Shown here: positions 49,801-62,426 of the stretch, in pieces | Layout of the letters: every line of letters begins with the position of its first letter | Position numbering within the stretch: the first letter of the stretch is position 1 | Source of the DNA: Yuukianura sp. NJ FZ-2021 | Taxonomy: Eukaryota | Length of the DNA: 64,000 nucleotides | Reading direction: 5' to 3' | NCBI GenBank assembly: GCA_046563655.1 | Contig: CM102290.1 | Location: forward strand, 1 to 64,000 | Made by a program: the position numbers and the translations under genes | The notes under the pieces: model-generated | The model's database searches: none | What the model was told of the DNA's origin: nothing | Seen by the model: only the letters and a program-made list of their open reading frames with translations

Positions 49801-52399
49801 CAGCAAAATACGTGCAAGTATCCACTTATATCCATTTTATCCAGCCATTTCTTCCGGATAAAACCGGATGAAATATTTTATCCACCAGATATCCACTGGA
49901 CGAAACGTCAAAAAAGTGAATATCCAGCAACACTGCTAAACACTGCTTTAGTGCAATCATATCCGCCATATTCGTAACCATTCAACGGTTACCGGCTTAC
50001 CGTGCGTAGCATATTCTTAAGTTACGTCTTAATCCAGCCCGATCAATACATGAAGGCACAAAAATGACGTTAATATGAAAGAAACAGGTTTTAAAATTTG
50101 AACTGAATGCTTCACTTCACCGTTTTGAAATTAAAATTAACAAATTGTAAAAAACTAACAAAAAATCAGGAAATTTGTAGCCAAATTGAATTTTTTGACC
50201 CAAATATCCTGTTTATGTGACTTTCGTTAAAAAAAGAGGGAAAAAGTAGTGATGCAACGAGTACGGAGTTGCGAAGTACAATTACTGGCGGGTACAGACG
50301 ACTTCTCTACCCGCGAGTAGCATTACTCGCGCGAGTAATCGCGAGTACAACATGGTCAAACTGAATGCGCACTCACGTGTATATAACGACAGTTTGTCGA
50401 CACGTTCCAATCCCTTTAAAGTTAAGAATCAATAACAAAGGCCATTTCTAGGCTAATGTGAGTATGCTGAACACGATTCTGAAAGAATTTTTCAAAAAAA
50501 CCCAACCTAACCTAACCTAAGCTAACCTAAAATCAGGAAACCGAAAAAAAGACAGTTTTTGAAAAATTCTTTCAGAATCGTGTTCAGCATACTCAAATTA
50601 GCCTAGAAACCGATTTTCATGCAATTCGGAGAAAAAAATTTTTTTTCAAAATTTTGAAAAAAAAAATTCCGAAATTTTTTAGAGCGAAATTGACTGTTAT
50701 GCTAAACTGCCTAGAACAAAGAGGGATGAGGATCCTATTAAGACTTGGGCACAAATTCATTCTTCTTTTTCCACACTCAGCGTCGCTGCAAAAAAATTTC
50801 TGTCAGCGCCAGCGAGCTCAATTAGCAGTGAAAGGTTATTCTCAGAGAAAGGAACAATCTACGAAGACAAAAGGAATCGACTTCTGCCTATTCGTGGAGA
50901 AACCTTAGCTTTTTTGCATAACAATTAAGGATTTTGAAGAAAATTGAAAAATAAAGTTGCTGTTGGTTTAAAGCAAGTACTTTCCTGGTACTCGTTGAAT
51001 TTTTTGCGAGTGCGAAGTACTGGAGTTGCGAAGTACGAGTATTAGCGATTACTCGTACTCGCATCTACTCGCACGAAGTAACGACGTAGTACTTCGTACC
51101 CGTTGCATCACTAGGAAAAAGCATTTCTATAATGAAAAAAGTTTTTAAAACTTTGTAAAGATTTTAAAACTTATTAAAGACAAATAAGTGACCGAAAAGA
51201 TTCGTAAGATTTATGTTTGTTTTCGCAGGTCTGACCTGATTATGACACTGACCTGTGCAAGTAGTTGTGTCCTTTCTCAACGTCACTGTATCTCTTCCAG
51301 TAGGCAAAGCAGTAGGGGAACAAAGGCAGAAAGGCACTGTACACTCTCCGAATTTCCTCCAAAACACCCTGTTACAAAAAACACTCATTTCAACCAAATC
51401 CAATTCTATAAATAAGAAGTATTTGATTGTTTGAGAGAGTACCGTGGATTCTGCAAAAGTGATGAGGAATGACCATCGGTTGAAGTCATATGGATTCACT
51501 TGGACATAGTCCCAGTACGTAGTGAGGTTGGGCTGTTGCAGAGTGGACGGTCCAGTGACGGTGGAGGAAGGAATGACTTCGAGTGGAAGTGGGTCATACA
51601 CCGCCTCCTCCTCAGACCCACCCGCCTTGTCCAGCGCCTTCTTCCTCAATTCATACGCTCGTTTCGCCCGCTGTGCTCGACGCGCAATGTCCACAATGGA
51701 AGGACTTGACTCGGACACTTCGGAGGGAACAGTTGGCAAACTGAACTGGAGGGGTTCGTTTCCATAGGGATCCGAAGACACAGAGTAGACGTACTGCGTC
51801 GGGTAGTTCTTGTAGAACTCTGCAATGGACTCTGATACTGAATCCACCTCCGTCTCTCCACTCTCCATAGCAACACATCTCTCTTCCGCATCACTTGATG
51901 CTCTGACCTCATTCGGTTCATTGGACGGACGTGCAATGCCCAGACTTTCATAGAACTTGGCTGTTTCCGGGTCATCTTTTTCCTGTGGCTTCTGTGGTTT
52001 CGGTGACTCTGGTCTGTCGTCCACAATGTCATTTCCACGTAAGGGCTTCCCCTTCGCACCACCAATCTGCCTCACAAGTTCTGCCACACTCACATCCGTG
52101 TCAGCTGTTTCAGTGGCCACTTCATGTCCAGCAGGAGTTTCGTTTTCAGCGTTCTCAGTGTCCCTGTCTCCCGAGCTCTCTTCTTCTGTCTTCTTGACAT
52201 CAGTCTCTTCTGTCTGTTTGGAGAGGGCAGAGGCAGAGATGGCGTATCCGTAGTTGGGGGCCAGGATTAAACCGCACTCTCTGCTTCTTGCATCCACAGT
52301 GCTCAAGAGTCCACTCTCCTGCGATGGCTGCACAAAGGACTCTGACAAGTGGACCACTCCTTGGACAGCGAGCAATGGTTTAGCCTTCCGTTTCCCCAT
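46840..52399 (-). CDS. PRPF39: Pre-mRNA processing factor 39 (HAT repeats) with long acidic N-terminus; splices into the ALKBH3-like exons
   Basis: [89 protein letters not shown]. Confidence 0.92.
49764..49935. mobile_element. hAT-type MITE in PRPF39 intron
   Basis: TIR CAGTGTTGCTGGAT/ATCCAGCAACACTG; 8-bp TSD CTAAACGC/CTAAACAC. Confidence 0.85.
50247..51113 (+). mobile_element. Non-autonomous hAT transposon with transposase dimerisation-domain remnant
   Basis: TIR TAGTGATGCAACG..CGTTGCATCACTA; perfect [36 protein letters not shown] at ~50780-50928. Confidence 0.9.
50445..50609. repeat. ~50-bp inverted repeat enclosing interstitial (AACCT)~5
   Basis: TTTCTAGGCTAAT..GAATTTTTCAAAAA and its reverse complement flank AACCTAACCTAACCTAAGCTAACCTAA. 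Confidence 0.8.
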
Positions 52400-53755
52400 C
52401 ACCACCTAAACATAAAGAACCAAAGTTAGTACCAAAGGACTCAGCACTAAAAAGTTAACTACCTCTACTTACTTTCACAGGTTAATCAACACGAATTTGA
52501 CACGAACTGTTAATGGGTCATCTTAAATCAGCAGTCAACACAACAACACAACTGATTCACTTTAAAATTGTACTGTACCCGAATGAGGGGCTGGCTAAAC
52601 GACGGTTCTCGGATTCCTCAGATTTGTATGAGGGGTTCACCCTCTCAATCCGTCGACTAACAGCGAACGTTTAGTAAAAAAAATGTAGCAAACGTAGTCA
52701 TCAAAGGTAGGAAAAGAACTTACAATAAAAAAAAACGTTTTTGGCAGTGTTTCTGGGTTCTTAAACATCCAGTGGCTTCATTGCCACTTCCACTGGATAT
52801 CCAGTGGAAGAAATGGCTTCCTACTGGACGGTGGATGGAAGAAATCCGCTGAGTTTAAAAACTCAGCGCGGATTTCAAATAAGTAAAAATTTAATACTAT
52901 GAAATACTTTAATTAACTATTTAACCCGCTTTTCCCTAGGTGGTTTTGTTATTTGAACCTACGTTAGTGCAATTTGTAACTGCTTTTGTAGTGTTTCTCA
53001 TTTCTCTTAACCTAACCTTTACTTTAAAAATTTAAAAATTCCAATTTTTCCTAGTGTAGCAACATCTTTATTTTAAAAATTTTAAAATTCCATTTTTTCA
53101 AGTGTAGAACCTACTTTACTTGAAAAATTTATTAATTCCAATTTTTCCAAGTGTAAAGCCACCTTTACTTTAAAAATTCAAATTTTTCCGACTGTAGCAA
53201 CACCTTTACCTTAAAAATTGTAAAATTCCAACTGTCCACGGGTGTAGAACCACCTTTACTTTAAAAATTTAAAAATTCCATTTTTCCCAAGTGTAGAGCA
53301 ACCTTTAGTTTAAAAATTCCAATTTTTCCGACTTAGCCACACCTTTACTTTAAAATTCCAATTTTTCCGACTGTAGCCACATCTTTTCTTTAAAAATTTA
53401 AAAATTTGAATTTTTCCGAGTGTAGAACCACCCTTACTTTAAAAATTTAAAAATTCCATTTTTTCCGTGTAGAGTCACCTTTACTTTAAAAATTCCAATT
53501 TTTCCAAATGTAGCAACATCTTTACTTTAGAAATTTTGAAATTCCAGCTTTTCAGAATATAAGACCATCCTTACTTTAAAAATATTAAAATCCCAATTTT
53601 TTTGAGTGTAGCAACACTTTACTTTAAAAATTAAAAACTCCCAATTTTTCCGAGTCTAGCAATACCTTTACTTTAAAAATTTACGAAATTCCAATTTTTT
53701 CGAGTGTGGCAAGACCTTTACTTTAAAAATTTAAAAAATTCCAATTTTTCCGAGT

Positions 53756-56009
53756 CTTTTATTATTTTTTTTTATTTATTTGTTACTCTCCCTGCGGGCC
53801 CAAAGCCCATGGAAAAGGAGTTCGATTTGAATTCTAATAACATGAGAGTTGTTCCTATAACTACAGTGAGAAATGGTACTGTGCGTTAAGTTGTTAAAAA
53901 TGGTTAGATTAAGTTGAGACCAAAGATGAGGGTGTAGTGGTGACGTCATTTTCGTTGTCTCTTCTCCCTAAATTTTTATTTGGCTTCGGCTAGCTTGACT
54001 TTCAATAAGGACTGGTTTATGCTGGTTAGTGATTCATCGTTGATGGAACCGTATAATGTGGCAATTTCGGTCTTGAAAGCATCTCGGCTTTGCGATGCAG
54101 CTGACTTCAGCGCATCAAGCTTGAGAATTTCTGAGGCAATTCCTCTGTCAGCGGGAGTGTTAGGTTTTCTTGTCACTAGGGTGAACGCAAAGATGCTTAT
54201 ATGCTGATCTGGTGACAATTGGTAATTAGTTTTCGAGTGACAAGAATTTGGATGCAGAATTTGCTGATCTATGCTGGAAGCGGATACTCCTTTTGATGAC
54301 TTCTTTTTCCTTTTTCGCATGAAAATCTTGTCATTTGGGCCTTCATGTGTGGGTTTATTTTCCTGGGACCGTTCACTGGGGTCACAAGGGTCAAAGGCCT
54401 CCAACACGTCCGTAGGAAGGGTTGGAATGTGACCTTGTAGTAAGAGCGAGGTGAGCTCGGCCTCCCTCGGTTGTAAAGTGATATCATTATTGGAAGAATG
54501 AGGGAAAATGACGGACGTTGATGTACTTGGCTCATCGGACGGGAAACTGGACGGTGCAGGTTGCATTTTCGTATTCAGGTGTGAGTTAGAAATGGAGCTA
54601 TTTCTTTCAATTGCGAGGGACGTTTTCGAAATTTTTTTTTTGACTTACTCCGGAGTCTGTCTTGGGGTAAGAGGTCATCTGAGATGCCTATGCTAGATCC
54701 TTTCAAAAGGTGACATTGTCGGAAAATTTTGGAATAGTAATTCTGGGTTCCTAGTGACATTTTTATTTCAAAGTTCATTTTATTTTCCCACCTTAATTTT
54801 CTTTCCAAAATCATTATTTTCTCACAGTCATTTTTTTTTTGCAAAGTTAATTTTTTCTTCAAAGTTCAATTTTTTTCCAAGTTCATGTTTTAAAAACATG
54901 TTCAGAATCTCCATGCAGTATTATATTTTCATGATTCTGCGTTAGAAAGGCGATTGCCAAGTGTTTGCCTGTTTTTGACATTTTTGAAAATTTTGCATTA
55001 CAAAGTCCGTTGGCAGGGTTTTGAGATCTGCTAGGGCGATTTCCCGGGGTTATCGCCATATCTGTTGTAGATCTGCGAGGGCGATTTCCCGGGGTTATCG
55101 CCATATCTGTTGCCGATCTGCGAGGGCGATTTCCCGGGGTTATCGCCATATTTGTTGCCGATCTGCGAGGGCGATTTCCCGGGGTTATCGCCATATTTGT
55201 TGCCGATCTGCGAGGGCGATTTCCCGGGGTTATCGCCATATCTGTTGCCGATCTGCGAGGGCGATTTCCCGGGGTTATCGCCATATCTGTTGCCGATCTG
55301 CAAGGGCGATTTCCCGGGGTTATCGCCATATCTGTTGCCGATCTGCAAGGGCGATTTCCCGGGGTTATCGCCATATCTGTTGCCGATCTGCGAGGGCGAT
55401 TTCCCGGGGTTATCGCCATATCTTTTGCCGATCTGCGAGGGCGATTTCCCGGGGTTATCGCCATATCTGTTGCCGATCTGCGAGGGCGATTTCCCGGGGT
55501 TATCGCCATATCTGTTGCCGATTTGCGCGGGCGATTTCCCGGGGTTATCGCCATATCTGTTGTCGATCTGCGCGGGCGATTTCCCGGGGTTATCGCCATA
55601 TCTGTTTTTTATCAAATGCACGTACACGAATAACTGTTACTTTCACTTTCAGCTGTAGTTGAATTCAATCAGAAATTGATTTCGTGGAAAGCTGATGTAG
55701 TGAGAGACCGTGGAAGACAATGTTGAGATGCTTTTCATTTATGGGCGTGTTATTGCCCCGCGGAAGCGGCAATTCAAGAATTTTTGAAAATTTGAGTTCG
55801 AAAATAATTTTTAGATTGGTAAACTGTGCTAGGTCAGCGGCAGAGAATTCGTATGTTCCAATTAGACTTATTAGACTTTCTAAACAAAATGTAGCAACTT
55901 CCATCGCAGGATTTAATAGCTACAATAGTTTGGTGAGAATAGAGGCTGAAGGAGAGGAACTCGGTGACAAGTCTGTACTGGGTGACGTGTCAAATCGAAC
56001 TCCTTTTCC
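53756..56009 (-). mobile_element. ORF1-only non-LTR-like element (degenerate), A-rich tail
   Basis: L1/L2-type ORF1 RRM motifs HLNIVFHGL..IRVRAFD and KIFRQCHLLKGSSIGISDDL; 3' GGGC..GCCC stem then TAAATAAAAAAAAATAATAAAA; TTTTCCGAGT at both flanks; no RT. Confidence 0.6.
55026..55605. repeat. 45-bp tandem array (~13 copies) of an element inserted at ~54760-55605
   Basis: Unit GCGATTTCCCGGGGTTATCGCCATATCTGTTGCCGATCTGCGAGG. Confidence 0.95.
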
Positions 56010-57353
56010 GAGTTTAGCAACACCTTTACTATAAAAATTGAAAAATTCGAATTTTTCCAAGTATAGAACCAGCTTTACTTTAAAAATTTAATAATTCCAT
56101 TTTTCCAAGTGTAGAGCCACCGTTACTTTAAAAATTCCAATTTTTCCGACTTAGCCACACCTTTACTTTAAAAATCCCAATGCTTTTGAGTCTAGCAACA
56201 CCTTTACTTTAAAAATTTAAAAATTCTAATTTTCTTGAGTGTAGCAACACTTTTACTTTAAAAATTAAAAAATCCAGATTTTTTCGAGTGTAGCAACTCC
56301 TTTAATTTAAAAATTTAAAAATTCTAATTTTCTTGAGTGTAGCAACACCTTTACTTTAAAAATTTAAAAATTCTAATTTTCTTGAGTGTAGCAATACTTT
56401 TACTTGAAAAATTAATAAATCCCAATTTTTTCGAGTGTAGCAACACCTTTACTATAAAAATTTAAAAATTCTAAATTTCTTGAGTGTAGCAACACTTTTA
56501 CTTTAGCAAGTAAAAAATCCCAGTTTTTCCGGGTCTAGCAATACCTATACTTTAAAAATTTGAAAAATTCCAATTTTTTCGAGTGCAGCAACACCTTTAC
56601 TTTAAAAATTTAAAAATCCCATTTTTTCCAAGTGTAGAAGCACCTTTACTTTAAAAATTAAAAAATTCCAATTTTTCCGAGTCTAGCAACACCTTTACTT
56701 TAAAAATTAAAAAATTTTTATTTTTCCGATTTTTACCACACCTTTACTTAAAAAATTCCAATTTTTCTGAAAGATTTTATCCATAAAAAGAGTTTATCAT
56801 TTTTTTAGTTTTTAAAGATTTTAAAGTCCTAAAAAGGATTTATCCTAATTTTCAGGTCCATACTCTTATTAAAAAATCCGAACTGCCAATGCCAGGTGAA
56901 AGTTGTACTAATGCATCACTGTAATATTTATTTTAAAAAATGTAAGAACTGAGAACTGTATTTTTAAACATTAAAATATCGGTGGTTTGAGCGACAGATG
57001 TTTTTGAAAAGGGGTACTCACCCCTCATGCAAATCCGAGGAGTGCGATATCCGACGATTAGCCAGACCCACCAAGATTGGAATTTGAAAATAGACTTCCC
57101 TCTTCGCGGTTGGAACAAACGAGATCATTACACATTGCAACTTCAAGGAATATTTCCACGTAAAGGTAAGAAGCTTACACAGTTAAGCCTTACCTCAACC
57201 AACAGTTGTTACTCCTTCATTTTCACTTTTTATTGTTCGGAAAGTAAGTCAGAGTTGTTTGGAGCAGTTGATGTGGATTGGGCAGTTGTAAAGGGAATCC
57301 ACTGAATCTGGACAAACCGACAGTCACTTCCACTCAAGTAGAGAGGTCAGAGA

Positions 57354-60300
57354 ATGATCATCGACAACACGGAACTACTTCGTCTCTGGCTCACCATCCA
57401 GCTCCGCAAGTTGTAAGTTATCTCTCCAATAGTCACTAAGTAATCCAGTCTCTGTGAGGGGTGTACTTGTACAAATCCATTAGTGAACGTTTCAATATGG
57501 TCAGTTGACGTCATTCAACTGGGTCCAGTTGTCGTGATGTTAATTTGTCTATCGAATGTCTATGAGAAAACATTGTGTCATTGAGCTGAGTGTGATTGTG
57601 TTGTTTTGGTAGGTGTGATGCAGATCCATCGGCCCTGAGTAAGTACGTCATTGCTCTTATACGGAAGGATAAGCCAGACAATGAGTTGCGGCAGGGGATG
57701 ATAGATCAGCTGGACGTCTTTCTGCAGCATCGTAAGTTCGGCCAAGGGTGGAGTTGGTTAGGCAGAGTTTAATTGAGTTTGTATTGTTACAGAAACAATT
57801 CCGTTCGTGGATCGCCTGTTCCAGTGCCTCAGCAGGCGAGAGTACATGGAGATTGAGGAGCCGAGTGATGGGACAGTGTACATGATGAACCAGGGCAAGA
57901 AACTCGTTCCTTACCATGAACTTCCGAACCCCTTCGACACCACTGGTTCTTCCTCTTCGAGTCACGAGACACAAGAACGGAGAGAGGGCGATGTGGACAC
58001 GTCCACCACTTCAGAGTCAGTGCTGGACACTTCCTTGGAGTCCAGAGTCACACCGACGGACAGCGACGGTCTCAATTCCACGATGGAGTCCACGGATTCA
58101 AATGAAAGTGTCATTCTAGCCTCTGACCCCAGTTTCAGAGTCGTCAAGGGGACGAGAGGAACGAGTAATGGAGGCTCAGCTCGCAAAGTGGTTAGTTGAT
58201 CCTACTTTTGATATCCTGAACTTGATATGCTAATAAGTGTATTTTGATAGGAGGACAAAGACAGACTGGGCCGTCGAAAGTCCAGAAGTCCTCGGAGAAA
58301 CAGATCCAGAGAGAGTGCGAGGCGTTCCTGGAGTCCCAAGGAGTATCATCCCAGATCAGTTCGGAGTCGTGGAGGAGTGAAGCGATCCCCAGGCAGAAAG
58401 AGCGATAGAGACACTTACAGTCGCAGGTGAGACTACTCCTCTCTTACACTTTTAGAGAAGGAACAAGCGTAACATAAATTTCGTTCTTTTGTTTAGACGG
58501 ACGTCAAGGAATCGTTCCTCTTCTCCATACACGCGTTCCCGCTCTCCGCGCTACTCGAGTAGTCGAAGTGGAGGGAGCGGAAGTTTGTACGAACCAAAGC
58601 GGATTCGGTCTCCCATCAAGCGAGACCGATCTCCCGTCCGATTCTCCAGACCCGACGGTATGGAAACGAAAAGCAGTTCAGGTGGAAGTTCTGCCGACCA
58701 AACAGGCCGAATTGACAAGGCAGTGGCTGCGAGTAAGAGGTTCCTTCGTTGTCCCTCCTCTGCCTCCTCCTGTGTCGGATCTCCACTCACTTCTTCATGT
58801 CCATCTAATCCCCACTTTGTCTCTTTCAGATGTCGAAGAGTACAGCTCCAGTGGAAATCGATGCAAGGATTTTGACGGTCTGTTTCAAATCTCATTCCGT
58901 CTTAGTTTTTTTTTCTTTGACAAACAACCAAACAACATTTTTTTAAAGAATTTTTGCAATTTTTACAAAATGTGAAATTTTGTCCAATTTTTGAACAGAG
59001 CGCGGTCTGTGCATGCGTGGAGAGCTGTGTCCCTATGACCATGGAAACAACCCCGTCGTACTCCAGGACGTTGGCGTGAGTGGGATGAAGAGAGGTGTGC
59101 TGGAGACGGAAGTGGACCACTCCTTGGCATACCGAGCAGAACCTCCGGACTTTGGTCTCCTCCGACCCAATCGTCCTATCATGAGTGAGTGTGTCTCTTC
59201 CTAAATACGTCCATATGTTTGCTAATGGTTTTTTAAATGTTTTTGTAGACTCCTTGGAGGAGGAGATGCAGAGTGGAGGCCCCATGGTGTGGGGAGCAAT
59301 GCCCCCCTTCCACCCAGGACCAGGTCAGTCTACAACCCAACAATAATTGGTTAGAACCACTCAACTGTTGAATGTTTGGATTGCAGGGCCGAGGATGCGT
59401 GGTGGGTTGATGCTGCGTCCTCCGATGTTTCCGATCCCGTCGCGAGAACTGATCAACATCCCCGTCCACGGTCCGCCGCAGATGCTGGAGGAGGAGATGG
59501 GGTTTGGACCAATGCATCATCACATGGGACTCATGTTTCCACAGCGACATGCTCTCCGAGGGAGAGGGAGAGGGCGTGGAGGGATGTTCGACCACTCCCG
59601 CCTCGGAGGGAAGGCCAAAGTGTACACAAACTGTTCACTCGAAGTCAAAAGGATCCCTCCCGCCCAGAACACGATCTCCGACCTCAACGCCCACTTTGTC
59701 CACTTTGGCAAAATCGTCAACATCCAAATCAACTTTGAAGACGACCCTGAAGCAGCTCTCATCACTTTTTCTTCACCAGCAGAGGCCTACGCTGCCTACA
59801 AGTCCACGGAAGCAGTTCTCAACAACAGATTCATCCGCGTCTTTTGGCACAACAAGGAAAAGGTACATCACATTAATTTATTTGTATTTCATTTATATTT
59901 TATTATTATTAGAGTAAGTGAAAGTTGATGTTGTTTTTGATTAGGAAAATGAAGAGACTGAGGAGTTTCCTGGCAGAGTGCCTGCGAAGAGTCGTTTGGG
60001 TGTTGGTGAGAAGACAGAGGAAGGGAAGGAGGAGGGGGTCCTTGGCTCTGGGGGTCTCAACATCACAAAACCCCTCTTCCCTCCGCATGTCCAGAAGAGA
60101 GACGTTTGGCAGGACAAAGTTCAGGTCACTGTCACAAAAAACGTTGACATTGAGACTGTGGATTCACAAAGTGGTTTTTGCTTAGGCTGTGGAGGCGATC
60201 AAGAAGTCGCAGGAGCAGTTGGCTGCCCAGGAGCAGCTCAAGCGTGCAAACGAGGAGAAGAAGCGAGAGACGCTCAAGTTGATGCATGATTTGCAGAAGA

Positions 60301-61490
60301 AGAAGCAAGTGATGCTGAGTGAGCAGATTGAGCAGCAGAAGAAGTTGATCCGGAAGCTGGAGACGAATCGAAGTATGAAACCAGAAGAAAAGGAGGAGTT
60401 GATGAAACTGATCAAGACGCTGCAAGAGAGCATCGAGACAATCAAGCGGGGCATGGAGGTGGGGCAGCAGCCTCTGCGTCCCACCAAGGCCCCTCCATTT
60501 CTCCACCACCAACCCACCACAGCCCCTTTGCAGCAACATGCCAAAGAGGTTCGTTTCTTTAAGTCTTACATCTCAGATATTTCACTTTTCACTCAAAAAC
60601 GAAAACAACTGAAAACTTCGTGCAATGAAATAATCCTTTTCAGTTTCTTTATTTCACTGATAAGCTTAAATATTTTAACGAAATATTTCAATTTCTTTCA
60701 CCTTTATTCAATTTGTTTTTCAGTGAAAAATGAAAAACGCATAGGTGACATCAGTAATTTCACTTTTTTTTTCTCCATTGTTCAGTTTATTGCATTTATT
60801 TCAGTTTTTTGAGTGAAACGAGAAAATCTTTCAAGACTGAAATTATTTGATGATTGTTGTGTTTTTTTAGCCTGTTCGTGAGGTTCTGGACGCTGAGCTG
60901 GACTTGTACAACAGTGAGGTAGAGGGAGGTGACACAGTGGCGTTGCAGCAGAAGGTGGCAGAGTTAAGGTCTCAGGCTTACTCCAGCGCCTTGCAGCCCT
61001 TCAGAGGTGGGCGTGGCGGTGGGAGTCGTGGGAAGATGCGAGGAGGAAGGTGGGTCCACTCCTAACTATTTCTTATTAGGAAGTGTAATAATAACTGTTT
61101 CCCTTTGAGTGCAGTGTGTCTCGTACAGTGGATCGCAGACCCACCACAATCCTCATCACTGGTTTCCCAGCCACGATCCTGCCTGAACTCATGGCTCACT
61201 TTGCGGTAACTCTGGTCCTACTTTGTATTGGGAGGATTAATACTAAAGTGTTTGTGTCTTTGTAGCAATATGGCCTCGTTCCGTACCACAAGCCGAACTA
61301 CTCTGGGCCCTCCTTGACCATGACGTATGAAAACAGGAAGTGTGCGGAGGCTGCGTACTGCAAAGGCAGAGTGTACAAGGACCATGTGCTGGACATCAAG
61401 TGGGTCACCCAGCCGGAACAGGCAAAGGACGCTCTGGACACGGAATCCAGGGAAGACACGGAGTCCTCCAGGGACGACATGGACATGTAG
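57354..61490 (+). CDS. RBM26: RNA-binding protein 26/27 (swm-like): PWI, RS-rich, CCCH, RRM, coiled coil
   Basis: CDADPSALSKYVIAL, RCKDFDERGLCMRGELCPYDHG, LNAHFVHFGKIVNIQI..AVLNNRFIRVFWH, EVLDAELDLY, VDRRPT. Confidence 0.92.
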
Positions 61491-62426
61491 CCCCTGCCTC
61501 CACCCCTTAAGTCCCCCACTCATCCACTTACTATCCAGCATACTTTGAGCCAATACTCAAGGACCCCCCTCCCTTGGACATGTGCCACTTGTACTCTATG
61601 TCATAGGTAGTTTAGTACCTACTTAATTAGTGGACATGGGAGTGGATTGTTGTGATACCTCTTGTACCCACTCCCCACCGCATGCGAGCCCATGGCTTCC
61701 GATTCCATTTTGTTCTGTACATAACATAGCCTCTATCTTTGGAATCACCCTTTCTAGACTATTTTTAGACATTTTAACCATCTATCATTCACTAAATATT
61801 ATTCACAATGTCAACAACATTTTTAAAAATTCATTAAGCCACAATGGAAGTTTAACAAATGGGTGGCTAAAAAACTGAAAAGAGGCAACAACCAAATATC
61901 TCGGCAAGTACAAAATCACTAATTAAATGGACTTTTGTGCACCGTTCATCCAACAATTTCTTTTGCGAGCAACTGGATGTGAACGTGAAGTGATCGTGTG
62001 GTTGGGAAAAATGAAGGCAAAATAGAGACGCTATATTGTTCCAAGAGTCAAATAACTTAGGTTAGGTTAGGTATAACAAAAATTTAATTAGCAAAACTAA
62101 TAAATTAACTAAAATAAAGCTCAAACAATTAACGTCCTTCTTTAGAGATTTATTTTAATTAAAAACCGTCAACTTACAACTGGTTCTTTATTACTAACTT
62201 AATTATGCTAAGTTTCTATTTTTTGAAAGTGTCCATATGCGAAGGCTAGAAAGGCTGAAGAGAAAGTCCCTCTTTGTTGTATGAGGGGAGATCGACTGCT
62301 TTTCTATGAGGGGAGATCGACTGCTTTTCAACACAAATTTCCGCAAGCTTTTTTTAAAAAACACAGCACAAAAGCTTGCAGAAAATGTCACTATGTAACA
62401 TTTTCTACATGCTTTTTCCTTGCAGA

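Larger units (their letters stand above)
53010..56770. repeat. Degenerate ~40-50-bp AT-rich satellite (CACCTTTACTTTAAAAATTTAAAAATTCCAATTTTTCCGAGTGTAGCAA), interrupted 53756-56003
   Basis: Tandem units at 53010-53755 and 56004-56770. Confidence 0.85.

Noticed and set aside
52745..52870. CAGTGTTTCTGG.. segment resembling the MITE at 49764
   Set aside because: No matching right TIR or TSD could be identified
54883..55662. Repeat-protein ORFs (MAITPGNRPRRSATD)n and other frames
   Set aside because: The 45-bp unit is a multiple of 3 and open in several frames; it belongs to a non-coding array element
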